From positions 1-64,000 of IMG/VR virus record IMGVR_UViG_3300032257_000004: 64,000 bases of DNA. One strand, written 5' to 3'. Under the pieces are notes generated by a model. The model was not told where the DNA came from, searched no databases, and saw only the letters and a program-made list of their open reading frames with translations. The first letter of the stretch is position 1; every line of letters begins with the position of its first letter. Positions 53,301 through 60,900 of the stretch are shown piece after piece. The stretch is from a virus. The translations under genes were made by a program, and so were the position numbers.

Positions 53301-55488
53301 TCGTGCCCTCGACCGGAGTGGAGGACAAAACTCCAAACACGTTCCGGGCGTACACCCGAACGGTATAGGTGTCCGCGTATGGGAAATCGATACGAGCGCT
53401 ATTGGAGACCGTAGTTCCCAACTCTTTCCACTCGGGATCGCCAGTTCGGCTGTAAGTGATGAAATACCGGTCAATGTACCGATCGTCGGACTGCGACCAG
53501 CCAATGTCGATATAGTCGTCCACCGCTTGGGGGCTAATTACTTCGATCTGGCGCGAAAGCGAAATAGTGGACGGAGGGTCCATCTTGTTCATCGCGGGGA
53601 GTTTGGTGTAACTCTCGACCGGGAAGTCGATGCCCTCTTCTACCGACGCGAATTTGTCGTTGTTGTATTCGAGAGCAGTGACTTCGTAGCACTTGACTTC
53701 GTTGACTTCAACTTCGCGGATGGACAGAACCCGGTACTGCGGTAGAGTAACGTCCGTGCCAAGAATAGCGAAAGCCTCACCAACAAGCGGAGTTCTACTA
53801 GGAGAGCCCAACATCACTACGGTGTCAGTCGAAGTAGTTCCCGGATTGGTCAGATTCACCAGTTCTGGAGCGCCCGATGCGTCGAGTACAGAGATTTGGT
53901 AAGTTTCGCCAGCGTCGAAATCGTAAGCTTTGTCCAGCGTCAGAGTGGAACCCGAAACGCCTGCAATCCGGCCAGCGTTGCGAACACCTAGTCTTTCAGG
54001 GTCCGACAAACGGATGACCGAACCGGGACGGACGTTCAGGTGGTCAGCGTGGCAGACGTACGAGACCGTTTCGGTTTCGTTGAGTTCGGAATAAATGATC
54101 CAGCGAGCGGCCCGGTGAGCCATTGCTCTGGAGGTACAACCGTGGAGAACAACGTCTTTGCGACGATAACCCAGCGTGGCGATGCCGACACGGTCCTCTA
54201 CTACTTCGACTGCGGGCCGACCAAAATTGTTGGGGTCGGTCCAAGTGACGAACACAGCAGTGTGGCGCGCTTTTTTAGCCGATTTCTGGTATCGGAACAT
54301 CCCGCCGATAACGCGGGTCTGGTTGACTTCGATCTCCGGAGATTTCGGGCTATCCTGAATCAGAGTGACCGAACCCGAACCCCAGTACATCATACCACGG
54401 AAGGTGGAGGCCAGAACGTTCAGAACTTCCCAAGCTTCCCTCTGCTCCTGAATTACGCCTTTAAACGTAAACCGGGGTTCAGTTCCGCCTTGTCCATCGT
54501 CCACGTTTCCGTCGCAATAGACGCCGATATTGTACACGGCCCATTTGTCGACATTCGATATACCCAGTTCTTCGCCCAAGCCGTATCGATCGTGAGTCGC
54601 TAGATCGAACCAAATCCACGCGGGGTTGGAAGTGATGGCCTCGATGAAAGTACCATCCCATATGCCGGTATAAACCCGAGTCGCAGCGTCGTAGTTGCTT
54701 GGGACCTTAACTTTCCGGCCCTTCAGGCGATACGCGCGCTTTGGTGGCTGCGAACCAAACTGCTGCGCGTCAATTTCGATACCAATGAGGGCGGAATCCG
54801 GGTATGAAAACTTGGACTCGTTGATGGCAGTGTACGAAGACCATATCGTGCCATTCTGGATGTCGATGGTCTCCGAATCCGGAGTAATACGTTGGACTTC
54901 GAGCGTGTAAGTGTCCGTCCCCGGAAGTTCCAAATAGTAGGAGCGTTCGTAGGGGGATGTGGTTTTGCCGGATATCGTGACGGTCTGTTCGGTGATGACG
55001 GAGCCACCGGGATTGGTTTTCCAAATGAATTTAAGGGAAACCGTGGTGCCCGTGATAACTTGCTCTTCCTGCTTAACGTGCTGGAGACCGGTAACTTTAA
55101 TTGCGAGACGCAGGGCGTCCATTGTCGATCCATCGATCGATCGAGTGACAGGAATCGCGGCTTTGACTTCAGCCCCAACCGCGATGGTAGCTTCGGCCTC
55201 AGAGAATCCCGGAATAGAGGTCTGATCGGGCAGACCCTCTCTAGTTACCCACCTGAAGCCTTGGAAGTTGTACGAATCGTCGGAATTCTGGAGCGGAACT
55301 TCATTCAAGTAAATAGACTTGGCACCATCGACCAGACCGCCGATTTCGCCTTCCGACACAAGGTCGATAATCTTTGCTTTGGACGTTGACCGAAGAGTGT
55401 TCGGGGCCTCTCGGACCCCACCCTCTCCGGTGCTGCCTTTGCCTTTGCGGCCAGTAAGTAAGTCGAGGTCTGGATATTGATCTCTCAC
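41296..55488 (-). CDS. Giant host-specificity protein: lambda J-like tip fused to a CBM-like domain, beta-helix depolymerase, fibre repeats and an S74 chaperone (4730 aa)
   Basis: N-terminal LVSEGEIGGL / SNPAW motifs of gpJ; FAPPGTYRF pectate-lyase-like start; HTH fibre repeats; C-terminal TSDRRVKGNI. Confidence 0.9.
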   Translation of the reverse strand: MRDQYPDLDLLTGRKGKGSTGEGGVREAPNTLRSTSKAKIIDLVSEGEIGGLVDGAKSIYLNEVPLQNSDDSYNFQGFRWVTREGLPDQTSIPGFSEAEATIAVGAEVKAAIPVTRSIDGSTMDALRLAIKVTGLQHVKQEEQVITGTTVSLKFIWKTNPGGSVITEQTVTISGKTTSPYERSYYLELPGTDTYTLEVQRITPDSETIDIQNGTIWSSYTAINESKFSYPDSALIGIEIDAQQFGSQPPKRAYRLKGRKVKVPSNYDAATRVYTGIWDGTFIEAITSNPAWIWFDLATHDRYGLGEELGISNVDKWAVYNIGVYCDGNVDDGQGGTEPRFTFKGVIQEQREAWEVLNVLASTFRGMMYWGSGSVTLIQDSPKSPEIEVNQTRVIGGMFRYQKSAKKARHTAVFVTWTDPNNFGRPAVEVVEDRVGIATLGYRRKDVVLHGCTSRAMAHRAARWIIYSELNETETVSYVCHADHLNVRPGSVIRLSDPERLGVRNAGRIAGVSGSTLTLDKAYDFDAGETYQISVLDASGAPELVNLTNPGTTSTDTVVMLGSPSRTPLVGEAFAILGTDVTLPQYRVLSIREVEVNEVKCYEVTALEYNNDKFASVEEGIDFPVESYTKLPAMNKMDPPSTISLSRQIEVISPQAVDDYIDIGWSQSDDRYIDRYFITYSRTGDPEWKELGTTVSNSARIDFPYADTYTVRVYARNVFGVLSSTPVEGTITVESTSPIPAPSVSGLELFEQGNNTEFEGKDAVFTWRRASGMAQSPGAERFGGDSSSTDPLFQHYQVDVRDGNGNLLRREFVTDNFYTYTYENNFDDNNGAPLRSFEVEVSYVNRYNEVGRTESLTVTNTKPALPDVTITASYREIYFDYLEPNDPDFRGMIVWADTSPSVSTTDGNVVFKGPGKPSFSASADTTYYYKYAVYDEFGTDGLVASDEGSITTLEPIDDIPDGSITLTKLAGTVQDEINRVMEIGKSVIPPGISGGVNGDAYFHKNELTTGADDGEIRVSNGVDDGGDGWFNHPTLGRIDETGTNGQIFHTPFNILTPWEGSTVPRGERFYIMYSNSDWSSRFGGGLTDPATGNAYVGVVTYDDVNDQWYAHDNTNTAGVAFTPANTDVLLAVGTKESVSGGIDSMRSLVGVNAPLEQRVSNTEILVGDAGDTADAGGSVYARIAQEILGRQNGDTALAYRLDTVEAGAVLPNLTDVHPDLVWQWNDGTGSGDATSKASVTTALANNGIEITATADTGQIYAGWALSADQQAAVDWERVRYAVVVMEFVSGQADIPVTPEFNWRSGTNNGGAWLHAVNKNENAYYETGKMYTFVFDLEGSTDAGAVAWGTADPTVWWIAPADSSDQTTNDKWRIHKSAFVAYGDLSYSETKARADIFQEALFDGGTSTATIMLQTQAGTGNANTVARAWLTSRAGGDGALMSEIGFQADDFSIWNSNAAANLPVFQVTGTKIRMDATNVEIDGNLLVAGTVSAAAMNVGFSRNLVQNSDFSADFSSIKIGTNANVTKTFESAAEGTAFGSEQALVLTSTAADQTDNAGPGDASGANRHDYDVTAGEKYEASVYAQATNAGNAQLVVQFYSAYAGGYLSGEDFTYSNTTASTDGTLANMDRLGGVFTVPATAVRMRILLNGLSLENTEVAKFRRLMVSKATANQTVLSDWTPAGGTRIDGQGIVADSITGTHIFAESEIKIGSDANSFVGLSGNSSYDWRIWAGSFLGAGAPFSVDKNGHVTMRSFTLMDDVGNIILRSGEIPEYLRSQIFSKQNYSTKQITGKLNNNLDFYTITLDDDIDDVRVAARHAVYDVLIQSNTPPATITIEIWHTTSDPDGQNDAWWTANATKIANRDYTKVATAGATANQFDVNTFPGASLFGEPATDYYQIKNVSKSDHNDTSVPDSDTFSQYVYDQTDTEATYTAGTHYFRVKVYDAEGDIEAADSDKLGREIVLLATGSGSFILEDSGDTTGSAGEENTFTHLTDTPLNYSGSRRNVPMVEDVSSPGRMFFKSVSEISRVYSLWDFDIRPENSATVNQGNYEDMLARIRDVADELYTSSGAKAVIFAPPGTYRFDDVVFLPESIMLYGSGQNSTTFLFEGSVADAAFCLEPYNVNGYNAGAAFKDFSITTSGVWDEAIKVAWPDLQTGISVTNETGNFSADDVIFTSTDGTWANRTWTAQITSYDGATSRFFVTNEDYDPRSVGVYSPVAGDEIYNNDDTGEAIWFDRNIAFVNESRVYAEHINIYGTGVGNYFKKGIMLKNVAYYDLKSIRYIGSNADATHGSPVYYDGTAIDITTQIDADDNSHGQSLEGHIDHLTASDCNIGVNIFGFPEGQYISHSNIVRARIGITATAKTGTTQPSLVVHHNHINAASMAMQIDGYSQFHVDSNSFSYWNDATVEASFNGQAFIGLNVINDGDPAYTEEGIIIGNTFVTESIPSGKTGNVTHLYVDADHTIVDHNQFIGDANGDNTVNNAILIAGGSGSYVGHGNRFTNNIDTNVADTSGNANDIAYWRHTISGKNTSVGGEVEFKPKTDGSYSAFIGQLGNDGMLSMRDHEGNIRFNMFRQGQLEFKDTSGNNRLIINDAGTLIMYDESGHEAFNIGDTDIVLTSGHGLNMGGGTVHNAGGFILAGGGSETVPIMRLATGTTQTGPFWNGNDDYRISVEGTALFAAYGTEVYTKNGLFALDDTDTGIDFHSAGRMDFQADGQDKLRVQVANVAVVNVPLYVGKSGIQGGDIQFQAPSDNDHIMYLRHSNNGQFAVQSYDAGDVDFEFDYHIIANRSSSVNLYYNNVDVAATHSGGLEALTSFVVRGTSSQLYEDNLQLGPGIFAVRDSDTQGRLIADGGTALTWTDAGGTLTGAWNVTSSLTVGGTAVSVAGHTHTIANVTGLQTALDGKVALAGDTMTGTLVAPTVNLTSTSSLQYSGANRIKFGASLTQFVNSSIYAARISGAGAQIQLQGPSGAYVGYLNHAANGQIAIQSYDGSAIETMANFYQGGGVDLFYDTAIKLSTTSAGGTLTGTWNATTALTVGGTAVSLAGHAHAISDVTGLQTALDGKAASSHTHTIANVTGLQTALDGKSDTGHTHSYLPLAGGIMSGVLDMDGQRIDLDADNDTYIYSSADDTINFYAGTVENMIINANVVRARYAGVDRLITAIDGTTVNSIGTYGARIILENQSGTRTWGLVSPIGADQFVLQDIITAKNYLAANKNGSTAIYYDGGIRAETTSAGGTLTGTWNATTNLQIGGASVATQTWVSSQGYTTGGPFLPLTGGTLTGRLVVDGGTSNGLSGDGGGVYIQVNDQDFCVWDSTDGVTNIIWRDHSAGLLYLGTADAIVTLRSDFDLNGNRIVGMGTSTWHTDDDTDGRLQFVLNGDNLYAGAASGAGHEFYAHDGTADHIRLDPANFRIYPSGADSNTYWERHVADAQRWIAGGNVNLSIDANRVYLQYQGNVIAQTYSDRLQLMETASVGGKIRFEGHGTNTDWTIVAQPDPANQLAFTNLLGSGASYLMFDDDIQTTYLYGGNSVRIAANSAGVVGYGAWTFDSNVTCNGQINVANHLNSRMLGMIWADMSSDAGGYGVFGGNLYANWDGAAVSYRTSLTHASVGYGALRFGYGNAQVATFSGATTAGATVTPTWNTLWHSGNFTPGNYLPLTGGTMTGVLTASAGAKIVVQNGTDGGSTRGLFMWTSADTNWGIYMAQSGSGKALNGGYAPTSLDGQTYHHIRFRVANNNSQGFIWENGGDTTLMSLSGSSGVLRAKSEIYANATNLVWHAGNFTPGNYLPLAGGTLTGALNATSGISLFYTTTGQTIEAATGQIATQLQIYQPTSGTDALMCFHVAGNYAAYFGLDGSRNDFVVGGWSMGTTSYKIFHEGNFTPGNYLPLAGGTMTGALINTNSNSRFAGLSIGADTDIYLYEGSPNDFVVRTGASGSNKYFTFTGGGDFLFEGHIRMSNADPYIKRTVNDGYLVLSGGSGWTETSSTVVLRGISTGTNPGGIEFNGGNGGAGEAIFNTFARVKINGSTSIDHTIWHTDTNGADRTYYISGGQTYFKAPNGLFYYRRGDDTDGIVLDAANAAIYPNWSSDSNTYLRWGGADIIDLVTGGYINFTVDANRAYLKYQSTTVAQTVADALKLMRTGSLGGKLSIQGFTSQDDWTLAAQGSGSNLLSLVNATTTKIAWQALTAGPVQIFSGDNAVANITSASNGAVIGGANRSMQVGEYGASYTGLMTTGGVYRLVFDSTLADTTTYLTGQNGVRILANNGDHTDRFDVAPDIQVHRVDDVEIGMWQPSALTVRRDYAGTTQVLVQNAATGGAGQAIIYGGSIYIQHIAYQSGSAYMQSNASSALYMGGTGAATIYLRQNGATRLTINSTTSTFSTDLTVDGGARIGTTVGQYGALLTARGASAGDAFEWGHGNTAGYGSVLGYESGTGRPFIGFSAGHGTSTASSYRTFGLKGSVLRGNLAGGFEFCSVDTTTADNQTATVRATINTSGLIIPTGKYVISDYLWAAVNNATGFNLATAHQITATCNSTDVMLLSTSGITALPVGSTGGSIILEGESGQSDWLWAQNNSQCTIGNETDLCILMRENSGNSDVLLYFNNLKKFQTTTSGITVTGTVNETSDRRVKGNIEDITNGMDFIRSLNPRKYFNFLTQSYEEGFVAQEIEKVGPWLVQNPTEPDDYMTMNYKGLIAPMVKAIQEKDDEIQDLKSEVDQLKAQIAMIKKAVGLD

Positions 55489-56225
55489 CGCAAATACCTA
55501 TCTATATCTTGGAGCAGCGTTCCACCGCCAACTTGCGAACCACCACCCGGCCCGCTTGAGTAACCGCCGCCACCGCCGTAAGTTCCGGAACCGATGGCGA
55601 TATCTTCAATGACGATGGATGTGTGAACAACTACCGAGCCAGCCCAAACGTCGTCGCCATAAACCACTGGGATAACTGTGCCTTGTTCGGCCCGGTTTTC
55701 GGGACCATTGAACATGAACGACGACTGCTCTTCTCGGTCGCCGTAGTTGCCGACCTCGGGGGTGGGAGTCATCATCATAGCAACGCCGCCCAGTGCCAAC
55801 GAAGCTCCAAACATGGCGATGTGCCCGAACGTCACTCCTGTACCGAATACAGAAAACGCCGTCTGAGCCAGACCCTTCATCAGGCCAATACCGACCGTCT
55901 GCATGCCGGGGATAATGAGGGTAGCGCCAATCAGGGCGATGCCAAGCAGAACCTTGCCCACGCCCTTTTTACCACCGGATAGTTCGGGAATAATGTGAAG
56001 CTGTTTTGTTCGGCCCAAGCCGATAGCCATCATTGGAAGTGTTTGGTCGAATCCGGTCTCGATATCGCCCTTACGAATTCGGTAAAGACCTTCGCGCAGG
56101 TGGTTTTCAAAACCCTTCAGTTGGGAACACAAGGCTCTAATAGCCTCGGAGGGAGACTCTACGTGGAAGTTGAACGGGCCACCAAACTCATTGGCCAATT
56201 CCCCGTGAAGAACGATTTCCGTCAT
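55485..56225 (-). CDS. Tail assembly protein I
   Basis: LHGELA..FG, EAIRAL, QGTVIPVVYG; gene order. Confidence 0.9.
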   Translation of the reverse strand: MTEIVLHGELANEFGGPFNFHVESPSEAIRALCSQLKGFENHLREGLYRIRKGDIETGFDQTLPMMAIGLGRTKQLHIIPELSGGKKGVGKVLLGIALIGATLIIPGMQTVGIGLMKGLAQTAFSVFGTGVTFGHIAMFGASLALGGVAMMMTPTPEVGNYGDREEQSSFMFNGPENRAEQGTVIPVVYGDDVWAGSVVVHTSIVIEDIAIGSGTYGGGGGYSSGPGGGSQVGGGTLLQDIDRYLR

Positions 56226-56985
56226 ATCTCAACCAGTGCGTTACGTATCGATTCCAAGGTCCTAGTGCAGTTTTGCAACTCAAACGTCCAACGTAGTGTT
56301 GAAGAACCACTCCGTTCCCTAGATAGATGCCTCCGTGGTTCGGGACATCAGACCGTATTTGGGAAAGAAATACGTCGCCTCTCTTTACGTCTTTCGCCTC
56401 AATCGGGACGAACCCAGCTTTAGAAATCCCATCTCTATACAGGTCTTTCTCCAGCCACCATTCCCAGTCTCTAGGGAACTCCGGTAGTATAACACATTCT
56501 TCAATCTCATAGAAGTCCCTGATGATAGCGTAGCAGTCCCCCATTCCATCCGACCCTGAGGGGCCGTGGCGAAACTCTCTGCCTTCAAGGGGTGGGGTTG
56601 CGATATCGGGACCCCAATAAACGACATCACGGCAATAACCGGGCGTCACGTTGGCCACTCCAAACGTCTTGTCAAACGCCTTTTGGGTTTTCATGTCGTG
56701 TTCAGATATATAGAGTTCTGGTTGATCGGGGTGGCTGTGCACGAATGCGACGCACTGGAACATAAATCGATCCACATCGGCTTGGGACACGACAAATTCG
56801 TTATAAGGGTCCTCGTGAATGTTCTCCACGATCTCGACACTGCCGTCTGGCATAACGAAGGCGCACCCCTCATGGGGGTACACATTCAGAAAGTGTTGTT
56901 TTAGCTGGTCCTGAACCTTAGAACCGGTTAAGAGCAACTGCTGGGAAGAAATAACCGGGGAGGTCTTGGTCTGGGAATCGGGCAT
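56188..56985 (-). CDS. Tail assembly protein K (MPN + NlpC/P60)
   Basis: HSHP, GDCY, PNHGGIYLG; start uncertain (56985 or 56937). Confidence 0.85.
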   Translation of the reverse strand: MPDSQTKTSPVISSQQLLLTGSKVQDQLKQHFLNVYPHEGCAFVMPDGSVEIVENIHEDPYNEFVVSQADVDRFMFQCVAFVHSHPDQPELYISEHDMKTQKAFDKTFGVANVTPGYCRDVVYWGPDIATPPLEGREFRHGPSGSDGMGDCYAIIRDFYEIEECVILPEFPRDWEWWLEKDLYRDGISKAGFVPIEAKDVKRGDVFLSQIRSDVPNHGGIYLGNGVVLQHYVGRLSCKTALGPWNRYVTHWLRYDGNRSSRGIGQ

Positions 56986-57634
56986 TACACCCTCCGGGAG
57001 TTTGACTGCAGCTATCGTTAGCCTTGGTGGAGGAATCGTCCGCACCATCGAAATAATTCGACCCGGCATAAGGACAAGCCCATGGAGTGCTGTCAGTGTC
57101 GAAATCATCACTAGTAGAGTTGTAACGGCGATAGCGCCGGAGGCACACCTCTTTAGTAACAATTCGCTTGGGGAGTTTCACCCCGCGCTGGTCCAGAATA
57201 GACGACAGAACGAACTGTACGGAGTCCTTGTCCTGATGCTTCAACTGTTCAAAGTAAAATACTTCGTCGGGGAATTTTTGGGAAGTGTCGGGTTCGGCAC
57301 CATCGTCGAGGAATCGCTCAAAGGTACGAATACGGGTTAACTTCAAGCCGATGAAATCGTTGTAAGTGTTCAGCATGGCTGTAGCCAGAGCGTTCAGGTT
57401 GCCCAAACTGAGGGTTGGACTCGGGAAGCTGCTCTGCCCATCCCACTGAATTCCTTCGAGTTTGATGGGGAACAGGCTGTAGGTGTTGCTTCCCCACTCT
57501 ACCCCACTGGACCCATCGCGCGAAAAGTTGCTAAATCGCAGAGTGCCGCCGCCCAACGAACTGACATCAATCTCGAACAATTCGACTTCGCTACCGAGTT
57601 CCGCCCCATAAACGTATAATTCAATATCAGGCAT
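56918..57634 (-). CDS. Minor tail protein L
   Basis: VELFEID, RIRTFERFLD, conserved Cys cluster. Confidence 0.9.
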   Translation of the reverse strand: MPDIELYVYGAELGSEVELFEIDVSSLGGGTLRFSNFSRDGSSGVEWGSNTYSLFPIKLEGIQWDGQSSFPSPTLSLGNLNALATAMLNTYNDFIGLKLTRIRTFERFLDDGAEPDTSQKFPDEVFYFEQLKHQDKDSVQFVLSSILDQRGVKLPKRIVTKEVCLRRYRRYNSTSDDFDTDSTPWACPYAGSNYFDGADDSSTKANDSCSQTPGGCNARFPDQDLPGYFFPAVALNRF

Positions 57635-57980
57635 TGGGTACACTCCGAATCGCCATGTTGATACTCCAGTACCCCGGCTTGGTAGGAGTGCGTTCCATTT
57701 CGTCCGAGACTAGAAGTACGTCGTTCGGTATGATTTCCGGCACCCCCAAGTAGAAGGAAATGTAGCCCCGGCGCGTCTGCCAAAACGATTCAATCGTGTC
57801 CGCCTCTGAATCAGTAAGGGAAGGCCACATCAAGCTTCCTTGATATTTCGGATCGGTAAATACGCCGCGAGGTGCCCGCATCTCGTAATCGTCGCCAAAC
57901 GCCACAGTTTTAGCACCGTGGGTCTGTTTGACCGACGAATTCCAAGTGGGGTTAATAGAAGGGTTCATTGAATCTGGCAT
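57627..57980 (-). CDS. Minor tail protein M
   Basis: FGDDYE..G motif; lies between TMP and L. Confidence 0.8.
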   Translation of the reverse strand: MPDSMNPSINPTWNSSVKQTHGAKTVAFGDDYEMRAPRGVFTDPKYQGSLMWPSLTDSEADTIESFWQTRRGYISFYLGVPEIIPNDVLLVSDEMERTPTKPGYWSINMAIRSVPNA

Positions 57981-60900
57981 CAGAGTTTAGTAACCTTTCC
58001 GCCCATGCCCGGACTATTGGACATTTCCATAACTGTCTCAGCCACCAAGCCCTTGAGCGCTTCGCGTGTCTGGCCGGAAGTCTTGCGGGCAATCTCTTCG
58101 GCGTCCGCGTCACCCTCGACATGCACATGCGTCTCGTTGTTTATCACGAGGGACGAGAGACCGCCTCCCGTGGCCTGTCCGTGCATCTGGACCCCCAGTG
58201 CCCCGTCTCGTCCTCTCGCTAACGGGAGGATAGCCTCTGGCCCCGCCTCGCCCATAAGACCCATGCGACCCCCGCCGTAGCCAAACATGGTGGGTTCGTT
58301 CATGACACCACCACGAGCAAAGGCTCTAACCGGACCGTCGAATACACCACCCTGAGCGAATGGCATAAAGGGCAACGCCCGCATGGCCGATTTGACAATC
58401 GGTAGAATCACCTGCATGCGCAGAACTTCCAGTATGGCGTCGTTTACGGCCCGAATGATGTCCAGCAGAAATTCGTTGATACTCTGGCGCGGACGAGTAA
58501 AATCGAAAGCCCCCATGATGGTGGTGGAAATGCTATCTGCCACACCTTCCCAAAGTTTTTCCATCTCCTCGGCAGCTTCGCGCATCACTTCCAACGAATC
58601 CTCGGCCTGTTGCGCCGTTCTCTCGTTGCGAAGCTGCAGGTCTGCCCCCGCGATGATGGCGTCTCGTTCCCCCGGAGTCAGGTAAGGGTTGCTGCGGTTT
58701 CCAAGTTCGTGTTGTTCCTCAGCCGCTGATCGGGCTTCGGATAGCCTCTCATTGATAAGTCTCTGACGCTCCAGTTGCTTCAAGGCTTCGCCCGTGGCTA
58801 GTGCCTGTTCGGCTTCCAGCGCGTACCTAGCGGTCACTTGGGCTACAGTTTCGCCCTCCGTTTGCATCTGCGCGATTGTGCGTTCGCGGTACTGATTGTT
58901 CAAGTCCAGCTGAGTGCCATATTGAGCCAGAACTGCAGTCAGCTCTTCGGTGACTAGGGTTTCGTCCCGACCTGCGCCAATTTGGCGCTCGGCTTCAGTG
59001 TTCGCCTCCGCTATCATAGCGGTGATACGTTCCCTTTCCTCGCGGTGCTGACGAATAACGCCCTCATAGCGAGTTTCACCGATCGAACCGACTCGGGACC
59101 GCGAACGGTCCGTTTGAGACTGGGCCCGCGTCAACATGTCTGTCAGTTGGCGGAATTGGTCGTTCAGAGCCTCAATTTTCCGAGCAGTGTCCGCGCTAAC
59201 CAAGGCACGAATCTCTTCCTCGGACATACCTAGCGCGCCCGCCATTTCCAGCAACTCTTCAGTCGTTGCAGCAGCGGCGCGTTCAATAGTGGCGATTTCG
59301 CCCGCCATTTGGGTCATGGCCCCGACTTGCAAGCCGAACACGGTGTTTTCAGCCGACACTCTACCGGCTTCCACCCTCAGGATACCGAGATTATCAATAA
59401 TACTCTGCAGCAGTTCCAAATCCTCAGGGCTTCTAGGGATTAGGGCCCCTTCGGCTCCCTCTACCGGGTTCATCATCAGTCGATACCGGTGCATATCCGC
59501 TTCGAAGCTGTCCATTCCGATAGTATCGACCCGGAATTGAATACTTTCGGCATCAGAATTGAGACTGTTCATTACGTCCCGGTCAAAAGCAGCAAAATTC
59601 CTCAGGTCCTCTTCTACCTGATCGAAATGTTCAGTAGTGTTGGCGGCGGTTTCTCCCAGCTGCTCCATAATGGCTTGGGCGTCCTGCAGGTGCTGGTTTT
59701 GGTCCGCGATTCGATCGTTGATGCCCTGAAGAGCGTTCTCGCGAATACCCTCCATTACGGCATCACTGTTCATCCACTCGGCTGCATCCTCACCATATCG
59801 GTCCTGATTAAACAATGAAGGGTTTTCGGCCCTTGCTCGGGCTTGGTTTAATTCTTCGATTAACCGCTGAGACAAATCTATTCTTGCTTGCGCTGTGCGA
59901 ATATGCTCATTGAGCGCATCCATAACCTCAGTCCGCTCCTCCGCCACCTCAGTTAGTTGCTCGGCATTGGCGGGAAGAAGAGAGGCTTCATTGGTCTCAG
60001 CCATAATGGCCTGTAGTTCTTCAAATTCCCGAGTCACGGCAGCGCGTCTACGATTCTCCATGAACGACGACACGGCGAAAGTACCAATTCCGCCTAGAAC
60101 CAAGCCTACTGGACCACCAACAAACCGCAGGAGCATTCCCATGGACCTGAGGACAGTGGATAGAACCCCTGCCAGTCCCGCAGCGGCCCTAGTCATAAAT
60201 CCGAATAGACCGCCGATTCGGGAGCCACTCCGCATAATTCTAGCAAAAGCGCGGCTATTCAACCCCACCACACTTAGCAGACCCCGCATTGCTTTGGAAA
60301 GAACCCCGGTTCGACGCGCGCTGGATGTCATCCGGGCACCAAACCTGCGACTGTTTCTATCGAACAAACTCATGGTAGCACTAAAACCCGCAGCGAAACC
60401 ACTTGCTGTATAAGCCATAGTCCCGGCGCGAGCAGCGCCAGCGCCAGCCCCTCTTACCGCGCCTAAGGCTCTTCCGCCAAAGGCCCTAACCGCCCCTATA
60501 GCGGCAACAGCTTGAGAACTCGCCAAAGCCCGGTTAGCGGCAATAGCCACACCGTTGAAAGCCGCAGCAAGTCCGAGGACCGCCAAGGTCATTGTTTGCC
60601 AGTTCATTTGTTCGGCAACGGTTCTGTAGTCGCTTTGCGTCTCCACCGCTTCCCGAGTTGAATACTTCAGGATGTCGATTGAATCCTTCAACTGGTTGGT
60701 CCGGTCTTTTTGGTCATCCAGTGCCTTGGACAAATCGATGCTAACATCCAAATAGTCGGTTGAAAGTTCTGCAGCATCCTCTACCGAGGAAGACGACGAA
60801 TTAACGTTGTCTCCAAGAAACCCGAATGCGGTGGCTGCTGCAGTAGCGACTGCGGCCAGTACCGCAATGATTCCGACAATACCTCCGCTTCCCGATGCCG

